The notes under the pieces are model-generated. The model had not been told where the DNA came from. It saw nothing but the letters and a program-made list of their open reading frames with translations, and made no database searches. A stretch of 63,441 nucleotides of DNA, counting the filler, from Octopus bimaculoides (Eukaryota), in NCBI RefSeq assembly GCF_001194135.2. It is 7 parts of 6 records of this genome, joined end to end, with 100 filler letters (N's around TTAATTAATTAA, not from the genome) between each part and the next. Parts side by side here need not be neighbours in the genome. Positions count along the whole stretch, not along the records: positions 34,254 to 40,448 come from NC_068990.1; positions 40,549 to 61,371 come from NC_068992.1; 5 more parts are not named here. One strand, 5' to 3'. The position numbers and the translations under genes were made by a program. Positions 36,760 through 51,439 of this stretch are shown in pieces (position 1 is the first letter of the stretch; each line of letters begins with the position of its first letter).

Positions 36760-39593
36760 CTAGCAATAATACCCGTCGTTGATTGGGTAATTACTTTTAC
36801 TCTTTTATCAGGAGCCACATTCAAAGTATTATATANNNNNNNNNNNNNNNNNNNNNNNNNNNNNNNNNNNNNNNNNNNNNNNNNNNNNNNNNNNNNNNNN
36901 NNNNNNNNNNNNNNNNNNNNNNNNNNNNNNNNNNNNNATATATAATTTACCCCTCCTGCATGTGGTATTTTATAAGAGAAAAACGTCTAACAATTGAAGT
37001 AGAAAGAAGATCAGTTTCATACACGATCTTTTGTTTGTTTATTATATGACAATAATAAGTGAGTTGTTTGTGTTATTTTATTTATCAATACACTAATGGC
37101 ATTTACATAATACATTCATTTAAATAGGTAATTTACTCATTCTTGAATGTAATGATAGTAATGGCAAATTAAGTTATTGAAGTATTCATGTTGCATTAAG
37201 AGTGAACATTTCTGTATAAACAATGTTTTTTGTTTTATTTTGGGGTGCATTAGCAAAAAGATTTGCTTTTGCTCTCACGCGTGACACCTCTACATAAAGT
37301 TGGCCATTTGAAGAGCATGGTTCTTCAAATTGCAATCCAGGAATCTTTAGTGTCTGGTCTTAACTTTTATTAATGTTCATGGCAAAAGAAACTTGGATGG
37401 GAGACTGTAACCGTTTAAATTGGAATGAGACATTAGATGGCATAACATGTATGCGAGGAATGAATACGGTCTTACCTTTACTGCAACCAATGACAATATT
37501 TGCCCCAATGCAATTTCCCACGAGTTTGTGCACAATTAATTTTGTACCATTGCATAATTTTGGTTGAGACAAATTATGTAATAGCATAGTAAGAGACCAT
37601 TTTTTCATCTGTACCTGGTGGTTCTAGTGAGTTCAAAAATTCGATGGGCTAGTTAACACTATCTTGATCATCAATAATATGGTCAATCGAGTGAATAATT
37701 CTCCCGGAAGTTTATTCAATAGCATATTATTAATGCTATTTACAGCAACATTTTTCGGAGCCAGGATTGCCTGGTCACAGACCCAGTCTGTATTTTTGTA
37801 ATTATGAAGAAGATACGGAAAGATTTCAGCCACCAAATCATCGATGGAATCAGCAGAATTACATATTGGATTGAGAGTAAGAAACTGTTCTTCATCAATT
37901 GTAACTCCTCTTCATCGAATTTCAAAAACTGCGCTGCAAATAGTTCAACTGATTGATCTCTTGAAAGTCACGATCTCATATTTGTCGAAAGTTGAAGTGT
38001 TTTTACATGGTGCCATAATACAGAAAACTTTATTGAAGCATTGAGCTCATCCACTTTTGTTCCTCTCGGAACAATAATACTGTGAAATTTCCCATCATGA
38101 AATTAAAATTTCTAATGTCTCGCAATGTTCTATCCACAGCTTCAATAGATTTTTTGTGGGCCATGGTACATTCGTCCCAGACAATTAAGTGACATCTTTG
38201 TATTAGTTCACCCATTGCAGAATTTTTAGATATATTACAAACTGGATCTTGTTAGATAAATCTAAAGGTAACTTGAATGTTGAATGGGCAGTCCGACCAC
38301 CGGGTAGTAATGTTGCTGCAATTCCAGAAGTGGCAGTAGCTAAAACTATTTTATTTTCTTGACGAACTTTAGCCAGAAGTTTAATTACAAATGTTTTCCC
38401 AGTAGACAGTAGAATATGCACAACGTTGATCAAGTAGAAGCTTGGGAAGATTATCATTTATGTACATGGTCAGTTCCTCTATATCAGGAAATTTCCTTTA
38501 TTATTTCAGTGAACAGACTGTTAAGATCCCCTCTATTAGTTAGTGGGAGACCTAAATTTTCTATAGGTTCACTTTCCATCGAAATAATTTGATTTTCTAT
38601 TTCAATCAAAGCCGTATTGTATATAACACCAGTGAAACTATCTTGCTCGAGATTACTCAACTGAACTTGGTGCTTGAAATCTTCAGCAAGTTCAATTCTG
38701 AACTTATTCCACAGTTCAAGAGGATTACTTACCTCACAACTTTTGAGAATAATAGCAAAAAGACTTCTTAAACTCGTTGGTGTTTTTGATATTGAAGCTT
38801 CTTCCAGGATTGCATCCCATTGCTGATCACTTGCAAGCAAACCTAACTTTAAACACGTTTCTCGATATGTTCTGCAAATCTCACCATAATCTTACAAACT
38901 TACCCATGAAGTTTGTCCTCTTTTTACATGAAGAAGCATTCTGAGATGAAAGCATTGATTTTCGTTAGGATGTTCAGTATATACTCTACCAATTGTTGTA
39001 CCAATATTAATCCCAGAATGACCTTGAACCTTTGTACCTATTTTGCATCTATTCCATTTATTATTACTCCATGTATAATAAGAAAGAACCACATGATATA
39101 GTAGCGCTTTTGAAATATTGTCGCCACGACAAAGATTGAAAAAGACTGTTAAAATGGTATCCTTTGGATTTGAAACTTGATTTGCAGCTGCCTCAGCAGT
39201 GAAGTAAACCCTTGGGCCATTTTCTAGATGCATAGAAAGTTGTTGAATGGATAGCTGCCTTTCGTGGATTGGGAATCCGGAATATGTCAGAAGACCTCAT
39301 ATCATTACAACTTCTATATCTCCTTAAATGGTATTATTTAACTTGATAGGTCGTATGCTTAAGGAGAATTGAAATATTCAGTTTCAAATCTGAACCAGGG
39401 TGAGACTACTCCTACAGGTTTGCAGTCTTTACGTTCATTTTGACAGACAGTTTCGAATCTGAACCAGGGTGTAACTACTCCTAAAGATTCACTGTCTTCA
39501 CTTTCATTCTGATAGGCAAACAAACCAACAAACAGACAGAAATTCAATTCGCTTTGAGGGATAAACAAAGAGAAATTCAATTTTATATATAGA
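36760..39593 (-). mobile_element. Internally deleted Helitron (late Rep plus PIF1 helicase pseudogene) with both termini
   Basis: HLENGPRVYF, QQWDAILEEA, GKTF...ATSGIAATLLPGGRTAHSTFKLP, IVWDECTM, AILAPKN, LCNGTKL, FIPRI, F.RLQ.P...FAM.INKS; 5' TCTATATATAAAA at ~39593; 3' hairpin TACCC..GGGTA then CTAG|T at 36760 (across a ~100-N gap). Confidence 0.9.
39379..39516. repeat. 69-bp tandem duplication in the Helitron 5' subterminal region
   Basis: cagtttc(a/g)aatctgaaccagggtg..actactccta at 39379 and 39448. Confidence 0.85.
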
Positions 39594-39595
39594 CA

Positions 39596-40115
39596 TGCGA
39601 GGAGGTACCCAAAAGAAGCCGGGATTTTGTTGTAATATTTTATTCACTTAGTTTTACATGTTTACACCATTATCACCTTCAAAGTATTCCCCATTTGAAG
39701 CAATTCTTTAGCCCAGAAGCATTTTCCACTGTTAGAAGCAGCCTTAGAACTCTTGCAAAGTGATATCTTTTAACGCCTCTGTTTTTTTCTTTGTTTTTTT
39801 TCTTCACCTCCTCCACATCTGCGAAACGTTTCCCTTTAAGGTCTTGTTCATTCGAGGAAACAAAAGAAAGCTGCAGGGAGCAAGATCGGGTGAATAAGGA
39901 GGGTGGGTAAGAGGGGTCATGCCATTGTTGGTCAAAAACTGTCTCACACTCAAGTAGGTGTGCGCAGGTGCATTGTCGTAATGTAACCACCACCCTCCAT
40001 TTTGTTACTAGTTGAGGCGTTTTCGACTCGCCGCGTCTCGCAAACGCTTCAGAACCGCCAAGTAAAATGTCTGGTTAACAGTTTGACCATGAGGAACAAA
40101 TTCTGTGCGAACAAT
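39596..40115 (-). mobile_element. Mariner-family transposon 3' fragment with TIR
   Basis: Frameshifted HYDNAPAH...P.SPDLAPC.F...DLKGKRFADVEEVKK...KCIASNGEYFEGD; TIR gcgaggaggtacccaaaag at 39596. Confidence 0.85.
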
Positions 40116-40124
40116 TCCTTTCCT

Positions 40125-40260
40125 CGTGTTCCTTTCTGCTGAAGAGCGTAGGCTCGAAACGTAAAAGACTTTCTCACCTTCCCGTGCGTTAAACTAATAC
40201 GCTTGTTTGTTGTTTATACAACTGTCTTCGCCTTTTGTTTTTCTGTAAATTCCAACAATA
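40125..40260 (+). mobile_element. Penelope-associated pseudo-LTR with minimal hammerhead-like core
   Basis: CTGAAGA-gcgtaggctc-GAAAC at 40139-40160. Confidence 0.6.
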
Positions 40261-40548
40261 CACACACACACACACATATGTATACTGACTTCAAATTTTG
40301 GCACTAGGCCAGCAATTTTAGGGGCGAGGTAAGTCAAGCCCGAAAGCATGAAATGCTAAGTCGGCTGGGTGAGAATTTGAACTCAGAACGTAGACAGACG
40401 AAATACCGCTAAGCATTTTTTACCAGCTCACATTATACTATTTACACANNNNNNNNNNNNNNNNNNNNNNNNNNNNNNNNNNNNNNNNNNNNTTAATTAA
40501 TTAANNNNNNNNNNNNNNNNNNNNNNNNNNNNNNNNNNNNNNNNNNNN

Positions 40549-40589
<41 letters not shown>

Positions 40590-40592
<3 letters not shown>

Positions 40593-40945
40593 TATGTATA
40601 TATTTGTGTCCCATTGTGTGGAATCTTGGGCATGTGTCCTCTACTTTAGTCTAGGACTGACCAAAACCTTGTGAATGGATTTAGTAGATAAAAACTGAAA
40701 GAACCCTGTTGTATATATATGTATATCTGAATATGTGTGTTTGGTTCTGTGTCTATCCTTCACCAATGCTTGACAACTGTTGTTGGTGTATTTACATTAC
40801 TGTGACCTAGTGGTTCAGCAAAAGAAACTAACACCATAAATACCCACTTAAAATGAAATATAAATAACAGGGTTGATTTGTTAAACTAAAATTCTTGAAG
40901 ACAGTACACCTGCATGGCCACAGTCCAATGAGTAAAGCAATAAGA
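40590..40945 (+). mobile_element. SINE family A copy with heavy CpG decay
   Basis: accg>actg, acgt>acat, ccgt>ctgt, agcg>agtg, tcgg>tcag relative to the copies at 27211 and 6753. Confidence 0.75.
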
Positions 40946-41029
40946 TATATGTAAATGCACGCACACACATATGCATATATCTATCTATCTCTCACTGTAT
41001 TTATGTAATAAATATGTATACACACATAT

Positions 41030-41065
<36 letters not shown>

Positions 41066-41067
<2 letters not shown>

Positions 41068-41209
41068 CAGGAGTAGCTCGCTTACCAACCACATGGTTTT
41101 GGGTTCAGTCCTACTGTATGGCACCTTGGGCAAGTGTCTTCTACTATTGCCTAGGTTCGACCAAAGCCTTGTGAGTGGATTTGGTAGACAGAAACTGAAA
41201 GAAGCCTGT

Positions 41210-41293
<84 letters not shown>

Positions 41294-41500
41294 TGTGTGT
41301 GTGTGTGTGTGTCTGTGCTTGTCCCCACAACATTGCTTGACAACCGATGCTGGTGTATTTACGTCCCCATCACTTTGCGATTTGGCAAAAGAGACCAATA
41401 GAATAAGTACTAGGCTTACAAAGAATAAGTCGATTTGCTCAAGTAATGGCAGTGCTCCTGCATGGCCGCAGTCAAACGACTGAAACAAATAAAAAATAAA
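41066..41500 (+). mobile_element. SINE family A with long internal (TA)n
   Basis: Head, core and tail match family A; another decayed copy at ~43070-43345. Confidence 0.85.
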
Positions 41501-43091
41501 AGAAAAAGAAAATGCACATATATAAACACACAAACATACACATCTACATCCAAACACAAGCACATACACACACGCACACTCACACACACACATATTCTCT
41601 TCGGTTCTACTGAACCCACAATGCAGCTTTTCTTCAAAAATCTATAATGTCATCATGTTGTCTAAAATTACTAATTCCTCTCCATTCACCTCATAATATC
41701 TCTTCAGAATAAATGAATAAATAAAAAAAACCTATAGGCATCCTTCATCTGTCACAGGATCAGCAGAAGTTTGAATGAAAAATCACTATACCAAAATTCT
41801 CTATTGCTGCAATTTTGCCATGAAAAGGAGATCAAAGTCAGCCCATTTGAAAATAACTCTTTACATTCCAGTTGCAGTATAGAGAATGTTAACTGTTTGC
41901 AATTTCAGAGATTCCATTCACAGTAGACAACACTTGAGTTATTATAAAACGTATTTGATTTGTTTTTTTTAGTTCTTTATTTAGAACTGTTCTTTTTCTA
42001 ATTTTACAATTTCTTATATTTTATGTGGTATTAGTTTGAATTTGCAAATGCAATTTTGCTTCCTAATCTATGAAATATAACAAGGGGAATTCTGAATTCT
42101 TTACTGTTTCGAACATCACTTCTTGTGTTTTATATTGTTAAAATTCATTTTGAAATATCTATTTTTTCAGAAGTGTGATAGAATGGCAAGTAAATAGTTT
42201 GTGTGTTTGTATGTGCATGCATGTCTGTATGTTTGTGTATGTGTGTGACAGAATATACATGCATACATTTTAGAAAGGTGGGGGAGAGAGAAGGTGACAT
42301 TTGACAGAAAAGATTGTTTCAACAATAAAATTCATCTGCTTACTACTCTGATGGATGACAGCACTACAACCTTTGTGCCATGTCTATAGAATCAGGCTAT
42401 ATGTTGTATTGTAGGAGGAGATCACCCATTGACTTTTCACTTGTAATAAATTATTTTTGTATACCTATTGCTGGTTCTTTGAATCAAAGGTATCACTCAA
42501 TATCATCAAAATAAAGCAAAATAATTTCCATAATTTTTTTTATCCTTTCACACACCAAAAGATTATTTGAAAACAATTTCATATTTTTATCTTGTTTTTT
42601 CATTTTTTTCACCTTTTAGCATATATTCATTGAAATATTTTCATATCTGCTGATTTATTGAAGACAAAACAGAACGTTTGTAGTTTCACATAGATTGGCA
42701 TTTAATGATTATTTTGATACATTGCAAAGAGATGTAATTGAAAATACTCTACTTCTATTTTTCTGAATGTACCAATGTACTTGTACAACATGAATGCTTA
42801 TAAAACTTCATTTATTTACTTGTATGTTACTGGTGAAGATTGCCCATCCAAAACTAGTTAATACAGATTGAGTACAGCTCAGGAATTTGACCATATCTGA
42901 TATACTAATTTCCTAGTTGACCAGCTTGTAAGGGTGTCAATTATTTCTCATCTTCTGGATTTTGAACTTTCAGCTGCACATTATGACATTCTTGGATCCA
43001 TGCTCAGGGTCAAATATGTCCCCAATAATTTCTTCTGTACCTTAATGTGTTTGATATCATCAACAAAGAGCACAAACTGAAAGAAGCTCAT

Positions 43092-43133
<42 letters not shown>

Positions 43134-44222
43134 TTTGTGTCTGCATTTGTCTCCCCCATCATCACTTACAACTGGTGTGTTTACATCCCCGTAACTTAGC
43201 AATTTGTGAAAATAGACCAATAGAATAAGACCAGGTTTATTAAAAAAATAAGTACTAGGGGTTGACACATTAGACTAAAAATTCTTCCAGGTGGTGCTCC
43301 ACCATGACCATCGTCTAATGACTGAAACAAATATAAGATAAAAGNNNNNNNNNNNNNNNNNNNNNNNNNNNNNNNNNNNNNNNNNNNNNNNNNNNNNNNN
43401 NNNNNNNNNNNNNNNNNNNNNNNNNNNNNNNNNNNNNNNNNNNNNNNNNNNNNNNNNNNNNNNNNNNNNNNNNNNNNNNNNNNNNNNNNNNNNNNNNNNN
43501 NNNNNNNNNNNNNNNNNNNNNNNNNNATATATAGTGACAAACTGAAGAAAAGAAATCCTTCAAATGGGGGTGTTAAACATCCAATTTACTGGTACTTCAG
43601 TTGGATACCATATAAATATTGATATAATTCAATAATAAAGATAAATTAAATATAGAGATATTCTATTGACATTCAATAATTTATTTATGTTACAATATTA
43701 CATTAAATACTATGAATATAATGTATAACATAAAACATAACATAATATTATATAAATAATTACAGAAACCGTAAAAGGCCAACAAATTGTTCTGGCTTAT
43801 ATATATGTTTTCTTATATACATAATCACAGTTCAATTATATATAAGTCACTGCAGGGTATATCGGTTCAAGAAGATGAAATCCCACCTGGAAAAAGTATG
43901 GCTAGATTGTAAAAAATGAATTCAAATGTCTGTGTTATGGGCGTGAACGTTAATTATTCAACCTTGCATCAATTACTATTAAAACACAACAAAAACGTTT
44001 TAATGGATGATACAATCAAGTTCAATCCACAACCATTAAAATTCACTTTATTATATCTCAAACACCAATTGAAACCCTTTTATGTCCACGTCAGTCTCTT
44101 GTCATCAAAACATACAATAATAATATGAGTGTATATAAATTTATATGATTGTTATATATTATATTTATAGTAATATAAATAAATTATTGAATGTCAGTAG
44201 AATATCTCTATATTTAATCTAT

Positions 44223-44259
<37 letters not shown>

Positions 44260-45525
44260 NNNNNNNNNNNNNNNNNNNNNNNNNNNNNNNNNNNNNNNNN
44301 NNNNNNNNNNNNNNNNNNNNNNNNNNNNNNNNNNNNNNNNNNNNNNNNNNNNNNNNNNNNNNNNNNNNNNNNNNNNNNNNNNNNNNNNNNNNNNNNNNNN
44401 NNNNNNNNNNNNNNNNNNNNNNNNNNNNNNNNNNNNNNNNNNNNNNNNNNNNNNNNNNNNNNNNNNNNNNNNNNNNNNNNNNNNNNNNNNNNNNNNNNNN
44501 NNNNNNNNNNNNNNNNNNNNNNNNNNNNNNNNNNNNNNNNNNNNNNNNNNNNNNNNNNNNNNNNNNNNNNNNNNNNNNNNNNNNNNNNNNNNNNNNNNNN
44601 NNNNNNNNNNNNNNNNNNNNNNNNNNNNNNNNNNNNNNNNNNNNNNNNNNNNNNNNNNNNNNNNNNNNNNNNNNNNNNNNNNNNNNNNNNNNNNNNNNNN
44701 NNNNNNNNNNNNNNNNNNNNNNNNNNNNNNNNNNNNNNNNNNNNNNNNNNNNNNNNNNNNNNNNNNNNNNNNNNNNNNNNNNNNNNNNNNNNNNNNNNNN
44801 NNNNNNNNNNNNNNNNNNNNNNNNNNNNNNNNNNNNNNNNNNNNNNNNNNNNNNNNNNNNNNNNNNNNNNNNNNNNNNNNNNNNNNNNNNNNNNNNNNNN
44901 NNNNNNNNNNNNNNNNNNNNNNNNNNNNNNNNNNNNNNNNNNNNNNNNNNNNNNNNNNNNNNNNNNNNNNNNNNNNNNNNNNNNNNNNNNNNNNNNNNNN
45001 NNNNNNNNNNNNNNNNNNNNNNNNNNNNNNNNNNNNNNNNNNNNNNNNNNNNNNNNNNNNNNNNNNNNNNNNNNNNNNNNNNNNNNNNNNNNNNNNNNNN
45101 NNNNNNNNNNNNNNNNNNNNNNNNNNNNNNNNNNNNNNNNNNNNNNNNNNNNNNNNNNNNNNNNNNNNNNNNNNNNNNNNNNNNNNNNNNNNNNNNNNNN
45201 CAAAACGTCCAGGCTGACGATACAATGCAAACAAGGACAGGTCATTCGGTGTTTTCTGTCCTCAGTCAAGTTCCAGACTATCTTTGCATTTTCGCCTGAT
45301 TATACTCGAAATTGCTCCAATTTGGCCAGCCCCAAGGAAAAACTAAGCTAAGAGCATTAGATTCCTTGGAAGAAAGCAGCGAATGTATAGGAAAACAAGG
45401 ACGGAAAAAAAAAACTGGAGAAATGTTACACAAATACAAATGCAAATAACAAGACATAACAACTGGTGTCTTTCGACTAAGGACGAATTTTCTCTTTCTC
45501 TCTCTCCCTCTCTTTATCTCTCTAT

Positions 45526-45619
<94 letters not shown>

Positions 45620-46879
45620 GGGAGAGAGAGAGAGGGGAGAGAGGGGAGAGAGAGAGAGGGGAGAGAGGGGGAGAGAGAGACAGACAGGCTGACTGACAGA
45701 CAGACATTTATTTTACAGGCATTTGTATATATTACTATGTATTTCTAAATGCATAACTTGTAAAAATCTACCCACACATCTAATCATAACTAACTTTGGA
45801 ATGAAGGTATTTGTCTTCAGAAAGACTACACTCACAATTTAACAGACTTTTAAAGATGTCATCTAAATTCTGTCTTTTGAATCAAAGCAAATCTCATTCC
45901 CAATAATTTATCTTGACTCTAAAATTTAGTAATTAAGTGACATGATAATGCAAAACATTCATTCGTATACATACATTCACGACAACTTTCTAACATGATA
46001 TACACCTCTTTAAATTTGGTTTTCAAAAACAATTATCAACACACATACACAGACATATCTAAAGTTAAACCATCCTTATAAAAACTAAGAAACATTTAAC
46101 CCCCAGCCACAGTAGCATGTGCACATAATAGCTTATGTTTGCATGCATAAATATGTAAACGTGTGTATGTGTGTGTGCATGTATGTGTGCACGTGCATGC
46201 ATATGTATACTAATACATACATATATTGCATATCAAAAATAAAAATGGCTCATTTACAAATCCTGAGTTTATTTTTTTACAGTGAATTTAGCTTCAAGTG
46301 TGATAGTTTCAAATGTTTTGGCCTTGTATCACCAGAATTTTATTGATGCATCAAAAATGTAAAGATTATATTTCAGCGATAAACATCAGTTGTTAGCTAT
46401 ACAAAATAGGAGAGAGTAGGGTTTGAAACAACAACACGCATTTGCTTATTAGATAGTGCAATAATGAGACAAATGGCTTGTATACTGATTAGATAATTCT
46501 TTTCTCCAATAAAAGCAATTAATAAAACTTTGATGAGATACACAAAGAATGGCAAACATTAAGGGGAAAAATATGTCATCAAAATCAGATTGGAAAGGTA
46601 TCTTTCGATGTGAGAGATAATTAAGGATGGCACCAACATCTATTTCTTTCTTCATGGGTCAGCAATATGTCAGTATAATGGAGAGAATTAGTTTGGCTTT
46701 CAAAAAATAAAACAAGACATTTCAATGTTATTTATTGTTTCCTTGTCTGATAGATTGCTCTTCAAATTAATACAAATTCATACATTAATTTTTTCTTTCA
46801 CCAATATCACAATTACATATATATATAATTATGTACATATATGTATAATTATATGTGTACATATATATGTATATATATA

Positions 46880-46940
<61 letters not shown>

Positions 46941-49900
46941 ACACATAAATATATACATTCCTATGTATGTATATGTATAAAAAATTTATATGTACATATA
47001 TATATATGTGTGTTTAAGCATGCATCTATGTGTGCATACATACATGTGTGTGTATATATATATGTGTGTGTGTTTGTGTGTTGTGTGTGTATGTGCATAT
47101 ATACATGTGTATATATATATATGTGTGTGTGTACCACGTAGGTAGAGATGTCAGAAAACTACTGTAAAAAGTAACCTTACACCAAATATTTACTTAAGAA
47201 GAAACCATCAATGCAAATGTAATGTAATGTTTCTCTTAATGATTTAAATGATAAAAACTAATTTATATAGCTTCATTTGTTCGATGGTGTGAAGTATTTT
47301 TGTACATTCAATATCCATAAAAAATGGCTATTAAATTACACTAACTTTCCTATGTAAAAACAACAAACAGTAAAACAATAAACGTATTTAAAAGACATCA
47401 GTAATCAGAAACTAACAAAGAGAAAAATAATAATGTCTTTTTTTCTTCTGCCAAAAATAAATAACTCAAGTAAAAACGCCCCCTCCCACGTTGTAATAGA
47501 TAATTAATCATACTAAATTAACAATGTTCATCAAGATAAAGTATCTTATTTGTGTCTTTTAACTCCTGCTGCTATTAAGCCAATTCATTTATCTAACATT
47601 TGCCAGTATGTGTGCTGGAATAATAAATTAAAAATGCCATAAAACTACTGTGAAGTGATAGGTGATGCTAGGATTAGGATATATTTAACCTAATGACCTT
47701 TTTGTTCTTGATGAGTGATTCAAGTACAGAAATATAATTAGGAAAAAGGAAAAAAAAGCTAAGGTCACAGTAGTCACTTTCTTTGTTACAAAGAGCTGTC
47801 ACTGTTAAGAAATATCACATAGAGTTAAGTAATTGTAATTCTTACCTTTTTTCTTTATACTAGAAATATATGAAAACTAGAAAATAGAAAAATATCTAAA
47901 AGAAAACTATAAAAAATGTCTTTGACTTCCCAAAGAGTACTTATCATTACTTCAGCTCCTTAGTTTGTTTTTCTTAATCATAGCACAGGAAATATGTATG
48001 TATAAAAAAGGATTGTCTGATGGCTCTTGTTAAAGTAAGTTCAAAACTGATTTCAGTTATTCTTTGAAGCTATTGCTCATTACTTAAGTTTTCTGTTAGA
48101 ACTTGGTTTCACAATCACTGAAGATCACTCTTGCAAAACTAACATGCATAACATATCAGACCTGCTAAAAAGCGCTAACCCTTTTGTATTCAGGACAAGA
48201 AAATACTTTCAGCTGGAATAATAACTGATTCTGAACAAAACTGAATTGAGACATACATCAGAATGCTGATCTGACATCTAATATGATTCTACTGTATAAT
48301 CCTCATAGATTGCATCAAACACTTACATATAATTATTGACTACATCAAAATAGAAGCCAACTTGCTGATAGACTAAGATTCATTCCCAAATGTATCTTAA
48401 ACTGAAATTCAAAGATTGCCATCTTATTTTGCTTTTTCTAGTTCTACTACAAAAGTCTTTGTTACTTGCATAACACATCTTCCAAAGCTATATACCTAGC
48501 ACTCTATACCTACTCTCACCTATATAGTCTTTATTCCTTGCACCACACTAAAACCACTATAACAAAACTCCTTTTACCAGAATGTCAAACCTATACACTT
48601 TTCTTTTTACTCACATTTTTCATTTAGATGTCAACTCACAGATGTTCAAAATAGACTAAGTGGATCAACTGAACCATCATCAAAGGATTGCAAATCACTC
48701 CACACAATAGTCATAGTTATCTCACTCATACTAATGTTGGAGTTAAGGACTGTATATAGTCAGCATGCTCTTCCTTTCTTGTATTTGTTTGGCCTGATCT
48801 GTGGGAGATGAAAAAATTTCAGTACAGCTGGAGCTTTTCTTACATCAGATCGCTATAATAGATATTTATTTTTTTTCCCAAATATTTTAGAACAATTAAA
48901 ATGTTTTAGAATTTATTTTTGTAATTGTTTAATATACAAACTCAACCAAATGAAAATTTAATAAATGTAACCTAGACTAACATCATTAAATATATATTTA
49001 CATTTGAAAAAAATATACATGGCAAAATGTTTTTGATAGTCTTTGAAATGATTGTTTCTGATGACACAAATCAAACATTTATTACGAGCAATAATTGGGA
49101 TTTATTTGATTGGATAACATTGGTATTTTCCTGTTTTCAACATTTTGAATTAAAAAAAAAGACAATTCAGCAACTAAATTTCTAGCAGGTTGGGCTATTT
49201 TTTAATTATTATGTGACTGAATTTAAGAAATAAACTAATTTTTCTAAAACGCTGTCTCTGTTAATTATATTGAAATAATTTTTTTATTACCAGATCTGTT
49301 ATAATGTCTGTTATCTTTTCTGTTTGTTTCGTAAAATATTCCTGAAAAAATCAAATTTTCGTTTTTTTTTTTCTTAATTCATTTTAGTTATTTCATTGCT
49401 TTTATTCATATACTCATTAAAATTACATGTCCCATATAATTTGTTTTTACAGAATATCTTGAATGAGAATATGCATTATATATAATGTGACTGAGAAAAA
49501 GAATTGAGCAAACAAAAACTTTTTCTTTGTAATTATGGAAATAACAGGGTCTATACAATGAAAAGACTATTATAGCCACAAAGACAATATGAGTTCTGAT
49601 ATGATTCTAATGTGTTGACAATGGGTAAGTGAAGAGTTCTAGTCAGAGACAGAATCACTTGAGGTGTTTCACAATGATTATAATTCTGCTTGATCAGGGA
49701 TAACTTGAGCCTAAACAATAATAATGAAACTTCTAGCCATGTCGTTTCAGATTATTATGTATACTGTCTGCTGTGTATTAACATATAAACTATGTTTAAA
49801 TCTTATAAATGCATGCATTTAAGTAGTTATTAGTTAATTGTAGTGATGTGGCTGAAAGTATATTGTATCAGAATTTTAACTTTCAGTTCATATATTCATA

Positions 49901-50329
49901 TCCTGATATAGATATTTTATTGAGATTCTGAGAAGTGCATACCCTTCTTCATTTAGCTGTTGGAAAAATGCACTTGCTTACTAGAAATTGTTTCTTGAAA
50001 TAGTCTGGTACCAAAACCCTTATATAACATTTACTTGATACCATACAATCAAAAATAGTGCAAACTATTCAGTATCTTGAAATGAAAATTAGATTTACAA
50101 AACTGTTAATGTTATAAAATTTAAAACAAAGATGTATTTGTAATTGTATTTACAGTACAATACAGTGGTTTTCTTAAGTTTGAAAAGTATTTATTGATTT
50201 ATTCTTGGATGTCATATGCTTAAATTGAATCTGAAATTCTATCCACTTGGAGAATTTTTGTGCTGATATTTCTCTTGTTGGTTTAAACATTTAATCCATC
50301 CATTCATCCATTCATCTTTTCCACTCACT

Positions 50330-50490
50330 ATTCCTGGGAGGGTCATTGGTGGTATAGTATTCAGGCACTGCCTCCATAGGGTCCTATCAGAAGCAGCTAT
50401 CATTAAACTTTTTGGATGGATTCTCTAGTGTGGCCAACTGAGATTTGGAAATTATCCAAGTATTTCGTTTTAAGTCTCCTACAAGCCAGC
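50330..50490 (-). mobile_element. RTE LINE 3' terminal fragment
   Basis: GRLKTKYLDNF...DR.LWRQCL pattern, decayed. Confidence 0.45.
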
Positions 50491-50499
50491 TTATATTTA

Positions 50500-51050
50500 A
50501 AAAATCCATCTTCCCAGTGCACTCTTCATGTTAGTGGAACATCACTGAGATAAATGTAGGCAAGTATCTCGAAGCCATGTTCATAAGCGATAGGAAGCAA
50601 GAGGCTGAGCTGGGTGCTAGAATTGACGATGCTAGCACAGTAATGTGTCAGCTCCAATATTTGATCTTTGGATGAGAAGCGGTTGGTAAAAAAAAAGACA
50701 AACATGTTATCTTCAATTTAGTTTTCGTGCCTTTCATTATCTGTGACGATGAATCTTGGAAAATAAATGAAAGACTATGATTATGAATAAAAGTTGCCAA
50801 AATAGGATTCTTCCAAAGATCACTGGAATGATATTGCTCAACAGGGTGCATAGTGCAGAAATCAAAGTCCTTTCAAGTTGTATCATTACTTCTCCACTCT
50901 TAGAGTACTTAGCCCTGATATTACAAACATGTGATTAGAATGTTGTAGTAAAGAATTACCAAGCTGCTTTTCAAACTGGGCAAACTAGCAGAAGACTTAG
51001 GGGTAGACCAAGAATAAGATTGTTGGGTAAATATTTAATCTTACTCTGAA
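50500..51050 (+). mobile_element. RTE LINE 3' fragment
   Basis: PSQCTLHVSGTSL..., FISDRKQEAELGARID.AS, VFVPFIICDDESW, KVAKIGFFQR, RRLRGRPRIR. Confidence 0.7.
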
Positions 51051-51439
51051 ATCTTGAGATAAAAATAAGAATTGAAAGGTTCATAGTATTTACAGTGCTT
51101 AAACACTGCTTATTTCTTTATAATTTTATTGTTGAATTGTGTTTTAAAATTTCATCTTTCTCTACAAAATTCAGTGTACTAGTACAATACATTAGAAGTT
51201 AAACACATTGAATGGCACTTATTTATAGCTAATGTATAATGGTAAATTATGTAAAGCAAAGACACTTACATTACTCAGGTAGCTGATAGATTGGGTACCC
51301 TCCCTAATACCAACTACTTTACAGAGTATATTGGGTCCTTATTTTGTGGCACAAGCACTAGTGGGGTTACCAAGTAAAGTGCAAGACAAGACCTCCTCAA
51401 AACAGTGGAGTGTCAGACTGAGGGATGTAACTTAATGTG

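Noticed and set aside
41758-41925. About 55-codon plus-strand frame after an acceptor-like site (ISRSLNEK...)
   Set aside because: No partner exons and no recognisable homology
50330-51050. Head-to-head RTE pieces as a twin-priming 5' inversion
   Set aside because: The plus-strand piece has its own 3' end (GRPR motif near 51000), so these are two independent copies
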